From NCBI RefSeq assembly GCF_016026235.1, contig NZ_CP065613.1: DNA of 64,000 nucleotides; one strand, 5' to 3'. Of the stretch, positions 40,775-52,730 are shown piece after piece. The position numbers and the translations under genes were made by a program. The DNA is from Escherichia coli. Its GTDB lineage: Bacteria; Pseudomonadota; Gammaproteobacteria; Enterobacterales; Enterobacteriaceae. The notes beneath the pieces were generated by a model, which made no database searches, was not told the DNA's origin, and saw only the letters and a program-made list of their open reading frames with translations. Each line of letters starts with the position of its first letter. Positions within the stretch are counted from its first letter, which is position 1.

Positions 40775-42817
40775 TTATTGCTGAATTTGATTGGATAGTA
40801 AGACCTGCAACATATCTTGTTGATGCTCAGCTATCTCATCTTCCAGCCAACGACCTTTATCTTTCATCAGCCGAATCATAGCAAGCAATTTAAGACTATC
40901 AGTCTGGTTATTGGCAAGGCTTGCTTCAAAGTGCTCCTGCTTCTGTTGCGGCTGGAAGTTACTCAAGCGCGAGTTCTTGCTGTGGCTGATAAGGCAAAGG
41001 TTGCCAAACGAATGGAGTGCACTCTGCTCAACCGGTTTATAGCCATCCATCGGATGCTGGGGTGAGAAGTGCTCCACCGAGCTGCGGAAAGTGAACTCAA
41101 AGGAGCCAGCAACTTTGTCGCTATTCCGATCTCGTACCCACAGCAGATAGTCGAGGAAGTTGAAGACAAAGTTGTTCTCGATATGACCGAAGCGAAGTTT
41201 GGATGTAATCACCTTGTGCCAACTCTCATCCACATTGATGGCGGGCAACAGGGCGTTATCAAGGTAGAGCATCTGGTAATAGGAAGCCCCTTCACCAGGC
41301 GCCAAAAAGCGCTGGAAGACAAAGCGGCGAGCCTGACTCTCCAGATAGGACAGATAAGCCCCGGCATCCACCGGTTGATCAGGGTGACAATTGTCGAACA
41401 GATATCTCAGTGCACCATTCAGCCAATGTTTGTAAACCAGGGTCGGGGTCGACACATGAAACGCCGACAGCAACATCAGGACCCGCCGGTTAACACCAGA
41501 GAAACCATTCTCATTTTCATCCTTGTCAAAGGTATTGATGTAACTGACGCTCTTTTCCGAATACCAGTGCAGCCGCTTCAGACTCCAACTATCCTTGCCA
41601 TCGGCAAACTCGCGCTTGATGATGAACTGATCAAACAGATACTTGCTCTTTAACAGGCCATAGATAAAACGCTGAACTGCCGCTACTGGATCCGGTTGCC
41701 TTATCACTCGCAGCTCAAACTGATCGACCAGTTGTTTATCATCAAGCGGCACCCCCTCCGTATCACCCGGGTCGCGGCTCACGAGTCGCAGCACATGGAG
41801 CAAGAAGTTGGAGAAGTTGATGACGCTGTTAAAGCGCTCGGAGCCTGCGCTCTCCTCCTCCACCGTCTGCTCACCATCAAGCTTGTCATCCTGCAAAATG
41901 GCCAACAAGGTGCGCCCTTGGCTACCGGCAGCTGCACGGCTTTTATCGGCAGCGTCGGCCGTGTTTGGGGATCCTAGCAGTTCAAGCAGATGGGCAAAAT
42001 CACGGGGCACAAACTGACCCCAGTCGCTCTCACCAAACAGACGGTGGCGCTCTTGCGGGGTAAAGCCGTACTGGATATAGCGCTCCATATTGGCGCAGGC
42101 ATCCCATACCCGAGTCAGGATATGAATACTTTGGCGACGATGCTCTTCCTCGGGTATCTGGTTCAGCGTCTCCATCAGCCGCGCCTTGATCACTTCATGC
42201 TTTTCCAACTGCTCGCCGCGATTGTTCATCGCCTCGAAGAAGTGATTGAGATCGGTATCCTTGGGTACTTCGATACGAGAGATCTGCACATGCTTGAAGA
42301 GGTAGTCGCAAAAGGCCGTCAGTTTAGCCCCTACCAAACCAAGATCCGCCATTGCCTTGCCAATCAGCTCAAAACCGTTCACCAAACCTTCATTGAAGGT
42401 ACTCCCCCGCAAATCGTAGGGGGCAACACCCTGCCATAAGCGCTCGAAGGTATGGCTCGATATCGGGCGACTCTCAAAAGCGAGGTTGATGGTCTGATAC
42501 CAGCTCATATCCACCGAATCTATCGCGTGATGTTTGAGCCAATTGGCCAGCAGAGAGAGGGTAGTAAAGCGCTGCTGGCCATCGATTACCTCGAAACTGC
42601 CATCGTCCCGGGCAAACACCACCAGGGTGCCGATATAGTAGGTTTGCGGCCCCTTACCACTGACCAATTTTTGCTGATAATCCAGCACATCCTGCAGCAG
42701 CTGGGTGATCTCTCCCTCACCCCAGGCATAGTTGCGCTGGTACATGGGCACCAGATAGCGGGCGCGATCTTCAAGCAGTGCACGAATGGAAAAGGGGCGA
42801 ACGCCTGCATCATTCAT
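40775..42817 (-). CDS. DUF262 + DUF1524 (HNH-like) protein, GmrSD-family type IV restriction-like (680 aa)
   Basis: N-terminal DUF262 motifs ([26 protein letters not shown]) and C-terminal HNH-type block ([19 protein letters not shown]). GC-rich compared with the AT-rich island cargo. Confidence 0.75.
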   Translation of the reverse strand: MNDAGVRPFSIRALLEDRARYLVPMYQRNYAWGEGEITQLLQDVLDYQQKLVSGKGPQTYYIGTLVVFARDDGSFEVIDGQQRFTTLSLLANWLKHHAIDSVDMSWYQTINLAFESRPISSHTFERLWQGVAPYDLRGSTFNEGLVNGFELIGKAMADLGLVGAKLTAFCDYLFKHVQISRIEVPKDTDLNHFFEAMNNRGEQLEKHEVIKARLMETLNQIPEEEHRRQSIHILTRVWDACANMERYIQYGFTPQERHRLFGESDWGQFVPRDFAHLLELLGSPNTADAADKSRAAAGSQGRTLLAILQDDKLDGEQTVEEESAGSERFNSVINFSNFLLHVLRLVSRDPGDTEGVPLDDKQLVDQFELRVIRQPDPVAAVQRFIYGLLKSKYLFDQFIIKREFADGKDSWSLKRLHWYSEKSVSYINTFDKDENENGFSGVNRRVLMLLSAFHVSTPTLVYKHWLNGALRYLFDNCHPDQPVDAGAYLSYLESQARRFVFQRFLAPGEGASYYQMLYLDNALLPAINVDESWHKVITSKLRFGHIENNFVFNFLDYLLWVRDRNSDKVAGSFEFTFRSSVEHFSPQHPMDGYKPVEQSALHSFGNLCLISHSKNSRLSNFQPQQKQEHFEASLANNQTDSLKLLAMIRLMKDKGRWLEDEIAEHQQDMLQVLLSNQIQQ

Positions 42818-44264
42818 AATATTTCATCTCCCGAAACAGCCCGACCAGCTCATCTTCGGCACCATTGCGATTGTTCTTGTTCTCTCGACTGCTCATGCTA
42901 GGCAAAGGGAAGCCGTGCAGATCTCCCGGCAGACGAGCATCACGAATGGCACGGATCAGATTGTGCTCCAGCACATAGTTATCCATGGTTGCCAACTGCA
43001 CTACCTGCTGGCGGATGCGGCAGCGATAGGCCCAGATAAAGCACTTCTCGATGGCCAGTGACAGCCCTTGGCTGCCGAACTTGTCGATATAGAAGATCAG
43101 TGCGCAGTCGAACATGGCCCGCACATAACGATCCCCGGTGCGGTGGCGACGCTCGTAGCTGCCCAGGGTCGATAGCACCTTGCTGGCCATCGGTGTCAGC
43201 GTTTCGCCGAGCAGGGTGGCAGATTGCGCCTTGCCGGAATCAGACTCCTCGGCCACGATGGCGGCCACCCGCGTCTGGTAGTACTCGGCCATCTCGAAAA
43301 AGCGCCGACCATTGATGATCATCTGGTCGAGATGAAAGGGAAACGTCATGTACTGGCCGTCAATCTTGCGCTGGTACTGGCGGTTGTACTCATCGACAAA
43401 GTGGTGGGCGATGCGCAGCGACTCCACGTAAGGATAATGCCCTACCCGATCTAGGTTGACCCCCTTGAAGAGATCCACCTCCCCCTTGCCAAAGTAGCGG
43501 GCCGACTTGCCCTCGGCCCACTGGCGTACCCGATAGAGATAGAGGGCGAACAGATTGGCCAGCTCGTCGCTTGGCAGGCGCTCCCAATGGGCGACCGCCT
43601 CGGCCTTGAGATTGGCCTCATGACCGGCAAACTCGCGCAGGTGAAATGCCTTGAGCAGATCGTGAGGAGCCAGATCGCGCCCCCGGGCATTTTGCGAATC
43701 GAAGAACTGGAACGCCTCCGAGATATCCTGCAGTACAAAGCAGACCACCTGACAGCGGTTGAGCAGAAAGTCAATTTGCTGCTCGTCAAACTCAGGGCGG
43801 GCCACCAGCCGACGCAACTCCAGATAGTTGCGTCTGAGGTTGAACTCCGAATCCCGGCTGGGGAAGCGCTGGCGCTGCATAAACGCATCGATAGGTCCAC
43901 GCAAGACCTGCAATTGCTCACGCAGATCCTGACGTTGAAACCGGATACTCTTCTCTTTGCCACTGCGATTTTCGTTATCCAGCACCTCGATCAGCGCCTT
44001 GACGGTCAACATCAGGGTCAGGGTGCGTTGCTGACCATCGACGATATCAAGCATCTCGCCCTGCTCACTATCGGTGTGCTGATGAAACACCACCGAGCCC
44101 AGCCGGTAGGCGCTCTTGTCCTGATGGGTTGCCAAATCGGTAAAGAGATCCGAGATATTCTTGGAGCCCCAGCGGTAAGGTCGCTGATAGCTTGGGATGG
44201 CCAGTTGGGGAATGGCCAGCAACTGGCGTACCGACTGCACTTGATTATTAATGCTCTCCATCAT
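42810..44264 (-). CDS. DUF262 (ParB-like nuclease/NTPase domain) protein (484 aa), partner of the downstream DUF262-DUF1524 gene
   Basis: Motifs [17 protein letters not shown] and [12 protein letters not shown]; 3' end overlaps the downstream gene start by 8 nt. Confidence 0.7.
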   Translation of the reverse strand: MMESINNQVQSVRQLLAIPQLAIPSYQRPYRWGSKNISDLFTDLATHQDKSAYRLGSVVFHQHTDSEQGEMLDIVDGQQRTLTLMLTVKALIEVLDNENRSGKEKSIRFQRQDLREQLQVLRGPIDAFMQRQRFPSRDSEFNLRRNYLELRRLVARPEFDEQQIDFLLNRCQVVCFVLQDISEAFQFFDSQNARGRDLAPHDLLKAFHLREFAGHEANLKAEAVAHWERLPSDELANLFALYLYRVRQWAEGKSARYFGKGEVDLFKGVNLDRVGHYPYVESLRIAHHFVDEYNRQYQRKIDGQYMTFPFHLDQMIINGRRFFEMAEYYQTRVAAIVAEESDSGKAQSATLLGETLTPMASKVLSTLGSYERRHRTGDRYVRAMFDCALIFYIDKFGSQGLSLAIEKCFIWAYRCRIRQQVVQLATMDNYVLEHNLIRAIRDARLPGDLHGFPLPSMSSRENKNNRNGAEDELVGLFREMKYYE

Positions 44265-44276
44265 GCCTCCTGCGGT

Positions 44277-44887
<611 letters not shown>

Positions 44888-44918
44888 GACAAATGAGCCC
44901 ATTGGAATAAGTTAGAAA

Positions 44919-45674
44919 CTACATATCTGCCAACAACATCCCAGCCATACCATCCAGTCGCTTCTTAACCTTTTCCCAGCCCGGCATAACCTGCCCCATC
45001 AGACGGTAAAACTCCTCGCTGTGGTTGTGCTCAGCCACATGGCATAACTCATGTAGCAAAACATAATCGATACATTCTGAGGATGCCTTAACCAGCCATG
45101 GATTCAGGGTCAGACAGCCTTTTGCTGAACAGTTGCCCCATTGCGTTTGCATCGCCCGCAGACGTATCGGAGGACGCTCACTGACCCAAAGGGTCTGCGG
45201 AATCAGTAAATCAAGCCTGCGCTGAAAAACATCTCTGGCACGTTCCCGATACCATTCAGCCAGCAAGGCTTTAATCTTTTCTGCCGATTTGTGTCTGACA
45301 GTCACTTCCAGACGCCCACGCAACATTTTCACTCGTTGCGGCACAGTAGCGTCTTCTGTCACTTTCAACTGATATTGCTTACCGAGATAATAATGGCTTT
45401 CTCCGCTGACATACTGACGCGGAACAATGTGTATCTGTTGCTCCCTGAAATCACGCAGTTGCTGGTATATCCAGCGCCCACGTTTTTTCAGCGCAGACAA
45501 TACCTCGTGCTCCGGTGTTTCAGGCGGTACAGAGGCCACAACCCGGCAGTCCGGATAAACCTTAATGAGCACCCTGCCCTTTACGACCTGACGCGGAACA
45601 CACTGTACGACGATGACCTCATCACCATAGACAATGCGTAACGCTTTCATTGATGGCGATTCTTTTTCACTCAT
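44919..45674 (-). CDS. M48-family zinc metallopeptidase (YgjP/DUF45-like), type I R-M associated (251 aa)
   Basis: HExxH motif LLHELCHVAEHNHSEEF; start overlaps the hsdR stop; this family is commonly encoded next to type I hsd genes. Confidence 0.75.
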   Translation of the reverse strand: MSEKESPSMKALRIVYGDEVIVVQCVPRQVVKGRVLIKVYPDCRVVASVPPETPEHEVLSALKKRGRWIYQQLRDFREQQIHIVPRQYVSGESHYYLGKQYQLKVTEDATVPQRVKMLRGRLEVTVRHKSAEKIKALLAEWYRERARDVFQRRLDLLIPQTLWVSERPPIRLRAMQTQWGNCSAKGCLTLNPWLVKASSECIDYVLLHELCHVAEHNHSEEFYRLMGQVMPGWEKVKKRLDGMAGMLLADM

Positions 45675-48600
45675 GATTTCATCAAACCAACGCGCAGTAT
45701 CTGGATGATGGTTTCAACAATACGGTTAACCTGATTCATTCCGGCACCAATTTCCCGGCAGGCCGTAAACAGCAGTGGTAGCAGACTTGTCTTAACGACT
45801 TTCTCAATGTCCTGGGGGTTCAGGGAGTTTTCTGCCACCGCTTTGACGATAATGTTGTCCACTTCAAAAGCCAGCTTCGTCCACTTATCCTGCACCTGAA
45901 CGTCGTTTACCGCAAAAACCTCAGGTAGCTCTTTTTTAAATACACCGTAATACGCCTGAGCATGCTTGTTTACCGCCAGTGCATCCGGGATATCGCTGAG
46001 CTTACGGGCTTCAACCTGTTCTTCAAATTCACGGAACAAAAGGTACTGTTTCAGCGGATGGTCAAACAGTTTTTCAGCCTCTTCGATAGCCATACGCAGG
46101 AGTTTTGAAAATGCCTCCTGAGCATACGGGTCATCACGCAATTCCTGCTCAATCATCTTTGTCACACGGGTTTTAATGATGTCGGTTTCATTGCGGGTTT
46201 TATTGTTGTCCCACTCTTCGGGCTTTTCGCTCTTGCCCATTTTACCGACTTCATACACGCCATCCGGTTCACGAACTTCAACGCCGGTGACATGCTTATC
46301 CAGCAGTTTTTTCACCTGCTCAGCGTAGTCGTCATAATTGACCTGCTCTCCACTTACCTGCATCGCCCACTGGCGCAGGCTGGACATCTGTTTTACGGTT
46401 TCTTTATAGAGATTTCGGTCTTGTTCCGTAAAGCTCTTGTCGGTGAAGAAGGTAGCGGACTGCAGTGCCACTTTCAGGCATCCGGCAAAGGCCGTTAACG
46501 CCTCGAAGAAATCATCACGGGTTTTCTGATGGATATCGACCATCTCTCCGTCACGTTCTTCCATTTTAGGCACCAGTACCGCACGTAACTGCTCAGTATC
46601 ATTTTTGTTTTTAACACCGGCAAATATGGCCCACAGCTGGTTATACAGATGCGGCAGGCGCTTGTATTCAGAGCTCATGGCGCTGTACAGCCCGTCAATA
46701 TCTTTGATATCGTATCCGCCCTGAGTTCGGGAGGCGAGGTCCTGATATTTGCCGATAGTCGTGTCCAGCTCAGCCAGAATACCGCGATAATCAATCAGCA
46801 GACCGAACTTTTTTAGTGGATGCAGTCGGTTCACCCGCGCAATCGCCTGGATAAGGTTGTGGGACTTAAGCGGCTTGTCGATATACAGCACGGTATTCTT
46901 CGGCTCATCAAACCCGGTGAGCAGTTTATCAACGACTATCAGCAATTTGAGCTTCTCATCGGTATCGAAACGACTGATGACATTACGGGTATACACAGAC
47001 TCATCCTGCGTGCCGACATTATCCTTCCACCATTTCGTCACTTCCGGCAGTTTGCTTTCATCCACTTCGGTATTCCCTTCCCGGGTATCCGGCGGGCTGA
47101 TAACTACAGCTGACTCAAACAACCCGGCTTCATCAAGATACTTTTTATATTTGATGGCGGAAATCTTGCTGTCGCAGGCAAGCTGGCCTTTCAGTCCCTC
47201 ATCAATATTCTTCGAGAAGTGCGTGGCGATATCGAGTGCGATCAGACGGATGCGATCATCTGCACTATAAACCTCACCTTTACGGGCATATTTACGCTTC
47301 AGGTCGGCTTTTTGCGCTTCGCTTAACCCATCGGTAATACGATCAAACCAGGCATCTATTGCCCGATCGTTAACCTCAAGGTCGGGAATACGTTCTTCAT
47401 ACAGCAAAGGTGTAACGGCTTTATCTTCTACCGCTCGCTGCATGGTATAAGCGTGGACAATCGGCCCGAATTTATTAGTGGTCTTATCTTCTTTCAGCAA
47501 CGGCGTACCGGTAAATGCCACAAAGGCGGCGTTCGGCAGTGCCAGTTTCATTCGCACATGGTTCTCACCCCCCTGGCTCCGGTGTCCTTCATCAATCAGT
47601 ACGATGATGTCGGGGCTGGTATTGACGCATTCAGGAAGTTTTGTCGCTGAATTAAATTTCTGGATAAGGGTGAAGATAATGCGTTCTTTACCAGAGCCAA
47701 TCTGCTGTGCCAGTTTCTGGCCAGAGGTCGCCATTGCTTTGGCCTTATCATCCTTTCCGGCCAGTTCGCCACCAGAAGCGAAAGTGCCGCTGAGCTGCCC
47801 TTCAAGATCGACACGGTCCGTCACCACCACAATGCGACACTGCTTCAGGCTGTCATGAAGAATCAGCGCCTTACTGAGGAACACCATGGTGTACGATTTA
47901 CCGGAGCCCGTGGTATGCCAGATCACACCACCTTCTCTGCCCCCGTCCGGTCTGCGGGTGCTTATGCGTTCCAGCAGCCTTTTAATCCCGAACACCTGCT
48001 GATAGCGGGCGACAATTTTCCCGGTCTTTTTATCAAACAGGGTGAAAAAGCGGGTCATCTCCAGCAGACGTTCCGGTGAAAGCAGGCTGATGAGCAGCTT
48101 ATCCTGCCCGCTGACGGCCAGTTCACCGGCGGCGATTAACTGTTGGTACCAGTCGAGATCGGCTGAAGGACGATGATCAAACAACGCATGAATTTGTTCA
48201 GTCGATAACTTATGGTTGCGCAGCGCATACATCTGCGCGTAAGTAATATCTTCTTCGCGCCATGCCGCCCAGAATTTCATTGGTGTATGACAGGTACCGT
48301 AGCGCCCGTCATGCCCGTTAATCGACAGTAATATCTGGCTGTAAGCAAACAGCTGCGGGATTTCGTCGTTGAGCTGATTGCGGATACTCTGGGATATCCC
48401 TTCGTCAATGGTTGGCCCTTTCTTGCCGTGACCCGCCGGGCTTTTCGCTTCAATGACGGCCAGCGGGATACCATTCACAAAACACACAATATCCGGTCTG
48501 CGGGTTTCGACACCGCCTGACCGCAATACCGTAAATTCTTCGGTAAAATGGAACTGGTTATTTTCCGGATGTTCCCAGTCGATCAGCGCAATGGTGGGGT

Positions 48601-48958
48601 TCACCTTCTTGCCATCGACAAACTCCGTGACGGCGATACCGTAGAGCAGATGGTTATACATCCGTTCATTGGCTTTGAGCAGCCCTTCATTGAGCGCCGG
48701 AGAACAGACCTGTGATATCAGGTTATCCAGTGCTTTTTCCGATAACTGGCAGGTTTTGCCACCCGCCATAAAGGAACGCTTCGACAGCTCTTCACGCAGA
48801 ACCGGACGCAGCACCACCTCATCCTGTTTATAGCCCCGGTAATCCATAATCTGTTTCGGAGATAAAAACGTCCAGCCGAGGCTGGTCAGTAACGTCAGTG
48901 CCGGAATTTTGGCGCTGTATTCTTCCTGGAATTTTGGCGTGTACGTCTGGTTCATCAT
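45671..48958 (-). CDS. hsdR: Type I restriction enzyme R subunit HsdR (1,095 aa)
   Basis: Size and motor-domain motifs (TGSGKS Walker A, DEGHRSQ DEAD-box-like motif II) typical of HsdR. Confidence 0.9.
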   Translation of the reverse strand: MMNQTYTPKFQEEYSAKIPALTLLTSLGWTFLSPKQIMDYRGYKQDEVVLRPVLREELSKRSFMAGGKTCQLSEKALDNLISQVCSPALNEGLLKANERMYNHLLYGIAVTEFVDGKKVNPTIALIDWEHPENNQFHFTEEFTVLRSGGVETRRPDIVCFVNGIPLAVIEAKSPAGHGKKGPTIDEGISQSIRNQLNDEIPQLFAYSQILLSINGHDGRYGTCHTPMKFWAAWREEDITYAQMYALRNHKLSTEQIHALFDHRPSADLDWYQQLIAAGELAVSGQDKLLISLLSPERLLEMTRFFTLFDKKTGKIVARYQQVFGIKRLLERISTRRPDGGREGGVIWHTTGSGKSYTMVFLSKALILHDSLKQCRIVVVTDRVDLEGQLSGTFASGGELAGKDDKAKAMATSGQKLAQQIGSGKERIIFTLIQKFNSATKLPECVNTSPDIIVLIDEGHRSQGGENHVRMKLALPNAAFVAFTGTPLLKEDKTTNKFGPIVHAYTMQRAVEDKAVTPLLYEERIPDLEVNDRAIDAWFDRITDGLSEAQKADLKRKYARKGEVYSADDRIRLIALDIATHFSKNIDEGLKGQLACDSKISAIKYKKYLDEAGLFESAVVISPPDTREGNTEVDESKLPEVTKWWKDNVGTQDESVYTRNVISRFDTDEKLKLLIVVDKLLTGFDEPKNTVLYIDKPLKSHNLIQAIARVNRLHPLKKFGLLIDYRGILAELDTTIGKYQDLASRTQGGYDIKDIDGLYSAMSSEYKRLPHLYNQLWAIFAGVKNKNDTEQLRAVLVPKMEERDGEMVDIHQKTRDDFFEALTAFAGCLKVALQSATFFTDKSFTEQDRNLYKETVKQMSSLRQWAMQVSGEQVNYDDYAEQVKKLLDKHVTGVEVREPDGVYEVGKMGKSEKPEEWDNNKTRNETDIIKTRVTKMIEQELRDDPYAQEAFSKLLRMAIEEAEKLFDHPLKQYLLFREFEEQVEARKLSDIPDALAVNKHAQAYYGVFKKELPEVFAVNDVQVQDKWTKLAFEVDNIIVKAVAENSLNPQDIEKVVKTSLLPLLFTACREIGAGMNQVNRIVETIIQILRVGLMKS

Positions 48959-49007
48959 TAATCCTTTTCTTTCTGGCGCTACTCGCTACTGGTCACATGA
49001 AGATTCA

Positions 49008-49691
49008 TCAATGCAGACAGCACTTCTTAAATTTTTTACCGCTGCCACACGGACACGGGTCATTTCGCCCGGGCATGTTTTCTGCCCCCTTCACTGGAAC
49101 AGGCCGGGATGATGCCTCTGACATTCTCACCGACAACCAGTGCTGGTAAAGCGCCAGTGCCGCAGGCTGAATGAGAGTAATACTCTGTTCAAATTGAACA
49201 GGTGACATTTTCTCAACCACTGGGAAGTTCTTTTCGATACCATGAAGGGCTATCGCCTCCAGCGAGGGACGTAAGGCCTCTGGCAAGGCTGACCAGTCAT
49301 CCAGAGACCGGCCTTTCATATACCCGAAACACCACTCTTCGACGATTGTATATGTCTTCCCCTTCACCTCACGTCCATTGAAAATCGGTTCAAACTGTTC
49401 AGGGGCCTCATACAGGCAGCCAGCGATATCGTTCATATGCTGAAAACACAGCCCCACAAAACGCGTCATCTCTTTTTCAGTGGTCCAGTGAGGGTAGTAG
49501 TCACCTCGCCCCCAGATAGCACTAAGCCAGGTATTAGGGGGGATCATATTCGGGCCAGAGACAATCGCTGTCAGAAAGCCATCCAGCTCAGAGAAACAGA
49601 GCACAGAGTCATCATTGCCGTATTTCAGCAACACCTCTTCCAGCCAGTCGATTTCCCGGTCAATCAGCGGCCCGCTTTTCGTCAGTTTCAT
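49008..49691 (-). CDS. YecA-family (UPF0149) SEC-C-motif protein paralog embedded in the type I R-M operon (227 aa)
   Basis: Aligns along its length with chromosomal YecA (31198..31863), including the C-terminal [20 protein letters not shown]; start ATG overlaps the hsdS stop (ATGA). Confidence 0.85.
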   Translation of the reverse strand: MKLTKSGPLIDREIDWLEEVLLKYGNDDSVLCFSELDGFLTAIVSGPNMIPPNTWLSAIWGRGDYYPHWTTEKEMTRFVGLCFQHMNDIAGCLYEAPEQFEPIFNGREVKGKTYTIVEEWCFGYMKGRSLDDWSALPEALRPSLEAIALHGIEKNFPVVEKMSPVQFEQSITLIQPAALALYQHWLSVRMSEASSRPVPVKGAENMPGRNDPCPCGSGKKFKKCCLH

Positions 49692-50914
49692 TCGGCAACC
49701 GCCTCATCGACCTTAACACGACGTTTGCCAGTCAATAGCTGTTGCATCAGGGCTTTTTTCTCATCTCTCAGGCAGGCGAGTTTTTTCTCCAGCGTGGAGA
49801 TTTCGGTGTCAGCAGCGGACAGCACGGCGGCGATTTTTTGTTGCTCTTTAATAAATGGGCAAGAAAAGCTTAAAGTTTCAAAATCTTTCTTGGAAAGTTC
49901 TAAAAATGTTGAGCCAGATGATTTTTTGATCATCTCATTTGTGTTCATTTGCAACAAATAATAAATAAATTCGATATTAAACCCTTCATTCGGAATGATG
50001 TTTTTAAAACCTTGATTGGTACAAATTTCCGATGTCGAAATTGCTAAAGCACCAATGGTAGCTCTTGTACATACCATCAAACTACCTTTTGGCAAAAGAA
50101 CAGCTGAGCTATTTAGTAATCCCGCAGGAGTAATTTTTCTACTAGTATTGCTAACGAACCTACCCGTTAATGCAGTAACATCAGTTGGGGTAAGCCATAG
50201 AATATCGCCTTCCCAATACATGGCCATGTTTGTATCAGGTGTTCCACCGGATACAACTTTGCCCATTTGTATTAGTTTAGTAATTTTCCACTCCCCACTA
50301 AACCTCACCCCATTCTCATCCAACAACCGTTTATTCCCGGTAAGCAATTGCTGCATCAGGGCTTTTTTCTGCTGTTGACTGTTGGCGAGAAGGCTTTCCG
50401 TCACCGAAATTGCCTTATCCCAGGCGGTCAGAATTTGAGATATTTTATCTTGTTCACAAATAGCAGGAGTTTTTATGTTTAACGCTCTAATATCAGAAAG
50501 GTTAATTCTAGAAAAGGTAGAACCACCTGCACTTTTTGCTATCTGTCGCTGGACTAAATCTGATTGTAATGTGTAGTAAATAAACCGCCAATCTGCATGG
50601 ATTGCTTTAATTAAGACAGTGTCTTGCCCTAATACAAATGGCTTTTTGGAATCCACATAGCTAACAACACCGACAGACTGGTTACGACTCATAACCAAAT
50701 CACCTTGTTCAACAACACAGTGATCCATCAGAGAGCGATATTCTTCTTCTGTAACTCTTTTTACAGGTGAAATCAGATCTAAGGCTCCCCATTTTATCGT
50801 CCCCGGTGAGACAAGTGGTATTCCCGATTTAACGTACTCAGGAGTCCTGTGTTTGCAATCGATTATCGACGCAACCGATGAGAGTTTCTGAGATGACCAC
50901 CCCTTAGGAATCAT
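49688..50914 (-). CDS. hsdS: Type I restriction-modification specificity subunit HsdS (408 aa)
   Basis: Two variable target-recognition domains separated and followed by the conserved repeat [11 protein letters not shown]; start overlaps the hsdM stop. Confidence 0.88.
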   Translation of the reverse strand: MIPKGWSSQKLSSVASIIDCKHRTPEYVKSGIPLVSPGTIKWGALDLISPVKRVTEEEYRSLMDHCVVEQGDLVMSRNQSVGVVSYVDSKKPFVLGQDTVLIKAIHADWRFIYYTLQSDLVQRQIAKSAGGSTFSRINLSDIRALNIKTPAICEQDKISQILTAWDKAISVTESLLANSQQQKKALMQQLLTGNKRLLDENGVRFSGEWKITKLIQMGKVVSGGTPDTNMAMYWEGDILWLTPTDVTALTGRFVSNTSRKITPAGLLNSSAVLLPKGSLMVCTRATIGALAISTSEICTNQGFKNIIPNEGFNIEFIYYLLQMNTNEMIKKSSGSTFLELSKKDFETLSFSCPFIKEQQKIAAVLSAADTEISTLEKKLACLRDEKKALMQQLLTGKRRVKVDEAVAE

Positions 50915-52427
50915 AACCCAACTCCTTCAGATACCCCGCCATCTCCGTTTCCAGCTTCGCCAGTTCCGCCTTCAGTTGCTCGCGTTCGGCGCGTACGGCC
51001 AGCAAATCAATCTCGTCTTCTTCTTCAAAGGTATCGACATAGCGCGGAATATTGAGGTTGTAATCGTTGTCCTGAATTTCCTTCAGGCTGGCAAGATAGG
51101 CGTATTTCTCGACGTTATCGCCATCACGGTAGGTCTTGACGATTTTCTTAATGTTTTCTTCGCTAAGCTGGTTCTGGTTTTTACCTGCCTTGAATTCACG
51201 GCTGGCATCGATAAACAGCACCTTGTCATCAACTTTCTGCTTTTTGAAAATCAGAATCGCAGCCGGAATCCCCGTACCGTAGAACAGTTTTTCCGGCAGA
51301 CCAATTACCGCATCCAGCAAATTTTCGTCGATCAGTTTCTGGCGAATTTTACCTTCGCTGGAGCCACGGAAAAGCACACCGTGTGGCACAACTACGCCCA
51401 TACGGCCAGTTCCCGGTTTCAGGGTTTCGATCATATGCGAGATAAAAGCGTAATCTCCTTTAGTCTTCGGCGGTACACCGCGACGAAAACGGCCAAACTT
51501 ATCGTTCTCGGCCTCGTCATGGCCCCACTTATCGAGGCTGAACGGTGGGTTAGCGGTCACGATATCAAACAGCATCAGGTCGCCATTTTTATCGAGCAGC
51601 TTCGGGTTGCGAATGGTATCGCCCCACTCGATTTTATGGTTGTCTTCCCCGTGCAGGAACATATTCATTTTCGCCAGCGACCACGTAGAACCGATCGCTT
51701 CCTGACCGAACAATGCATAGTTACGACTATCATGCCCGGAGACAATTTTACGCCCACACTTCATCAATAATGAACCGGAACCACAGGCTGGATCGCAGAT
51801 GGTATCACCCGGTTGCGGATCGAGCAGTTCTGCAATCAGGTCCGAAACTTCCGGCGGGGTATAGAACTCCCCGGCTTTCTGCCCACCGCTGGCGGCAAAG
51901 TTTTTGATCAGGTATTCGTAAGCATTGCCGATAACGTCCAGCGTACCGACACGACTCGGCTTCAGGTTGAGATCTTCACCGGCGAAGTCTTCCAGTAGCT
52001 GACGAAGGATGGTGTTTTTCTGTTTTTCTTCGCCAAGACGATCGGTGTTAAACGAAATATCCTGGAACACGCTTTTCCCGGCATCTTTCAGTTTGGTTCC
52101 GTTGGCTTCTTCGATTGCATGCAGAGCCTGATCGATACGCTCACCGTTACCCGGCTCATGGCGGCGTTCGTACAGCGCATAAAAGCTGGCACTTTTTGGC
52201 AGTACAAAACGCTCGTTGGCCATCATCGCTTCAATCAGTTCCGGCACATCGCCATACTGTTCTTTGTATTCGTCATAGTGATCCTGCCAGACATCTGAAA
52301 TGTACTTGAGGAACAGCATGGTAAGGATAAAGTCTTTATAGGTATCAGCACTGATGGTGCCACGGAACGTATCACACGCGGCCCACAGGGCTTTGTTGAT
52401 CGTGTCCTGACTGATTTTGTCGTTCAT
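50904..52427 (-). CDS. hsdM: Type I restriction-modification N6-adenine DNA methyltransferase subunit HsdM (507 aa)
   Basis: AdoMet-binding and catalytic motifs (DPACGSGSLL, NPPF). Confidence 0.9.
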   Translation of the reverse strand: MNDKISQDTINKALWAACDTFRGTISADTYKDFILTMLFLKYISDVWQDHYDEYKEQYGDVPELIEAMMANERFVLPKSASFYALYERRHEPGNGERIDQALHAIEEANGTKLKDAGKSVFQDISFNTDRLGEEKQKNTILRQLLEDFAGEDLNLKPSRVGTLDVIGNAYEYLIKNFAASGGQKAGEFYTPPEVSDLIAELLDPQPGDTICDPACGSGSLLMKCGRKIVSGHDSRNYALFGQEAIGSTWSLAKMNMFLHGEDNHKIEWGDTIRNPKLLDKNGDLMLFDIVTANPPFSLDKWGHDEAENDKFGRFRRGVPPKTKGDYAFISHMIETLKPGTGRMGVVVPHGVLFRGSSEGKIRQKLIDENLLDAVIGLPEKLFYGTGIPAAILIFKKQKVDDKVLFIDASREFKAGKNQNQLSEENIKKIVKTYRDGDNVEKYAYLASLKEIQDNDYNLNIPRYVDTFEEEDEIDLLAVRAEREQLKAELAKLETEMAGYLKELGYDS

Positions 52428-52730
52428 GAATCATCCTGGTCTGAAGAAAAAGCTAGCGATGCAGGGCTTTGCATCTTAAAAATTTCGGTAAATGATACCG
52501 TAAGATGCCTCCCCTGACACGCCAATATCGCAGCATTCAGGTTTGCATCATCCCCGTAATATCGACATGAGACAGACTGACACAACCTGGCTCGTCACTC
52601 GCTAAAAACCAATTATCTTAGTAAGATAGCATCCATATTAGCCATGGTGTAAAACTGCCGTTGGGGTAATGATGATCCATATATCACCCGTTCTGGTGTG
52701 TGAAGCTGACATCATCCATAATCGGCAACG

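Noticed and set aside
46292-48079. Several plus-strand ORFs of 60-140 aa inside hsdR
   Set aside because: Antisense to hsdR with no motifs; frame artefacts.
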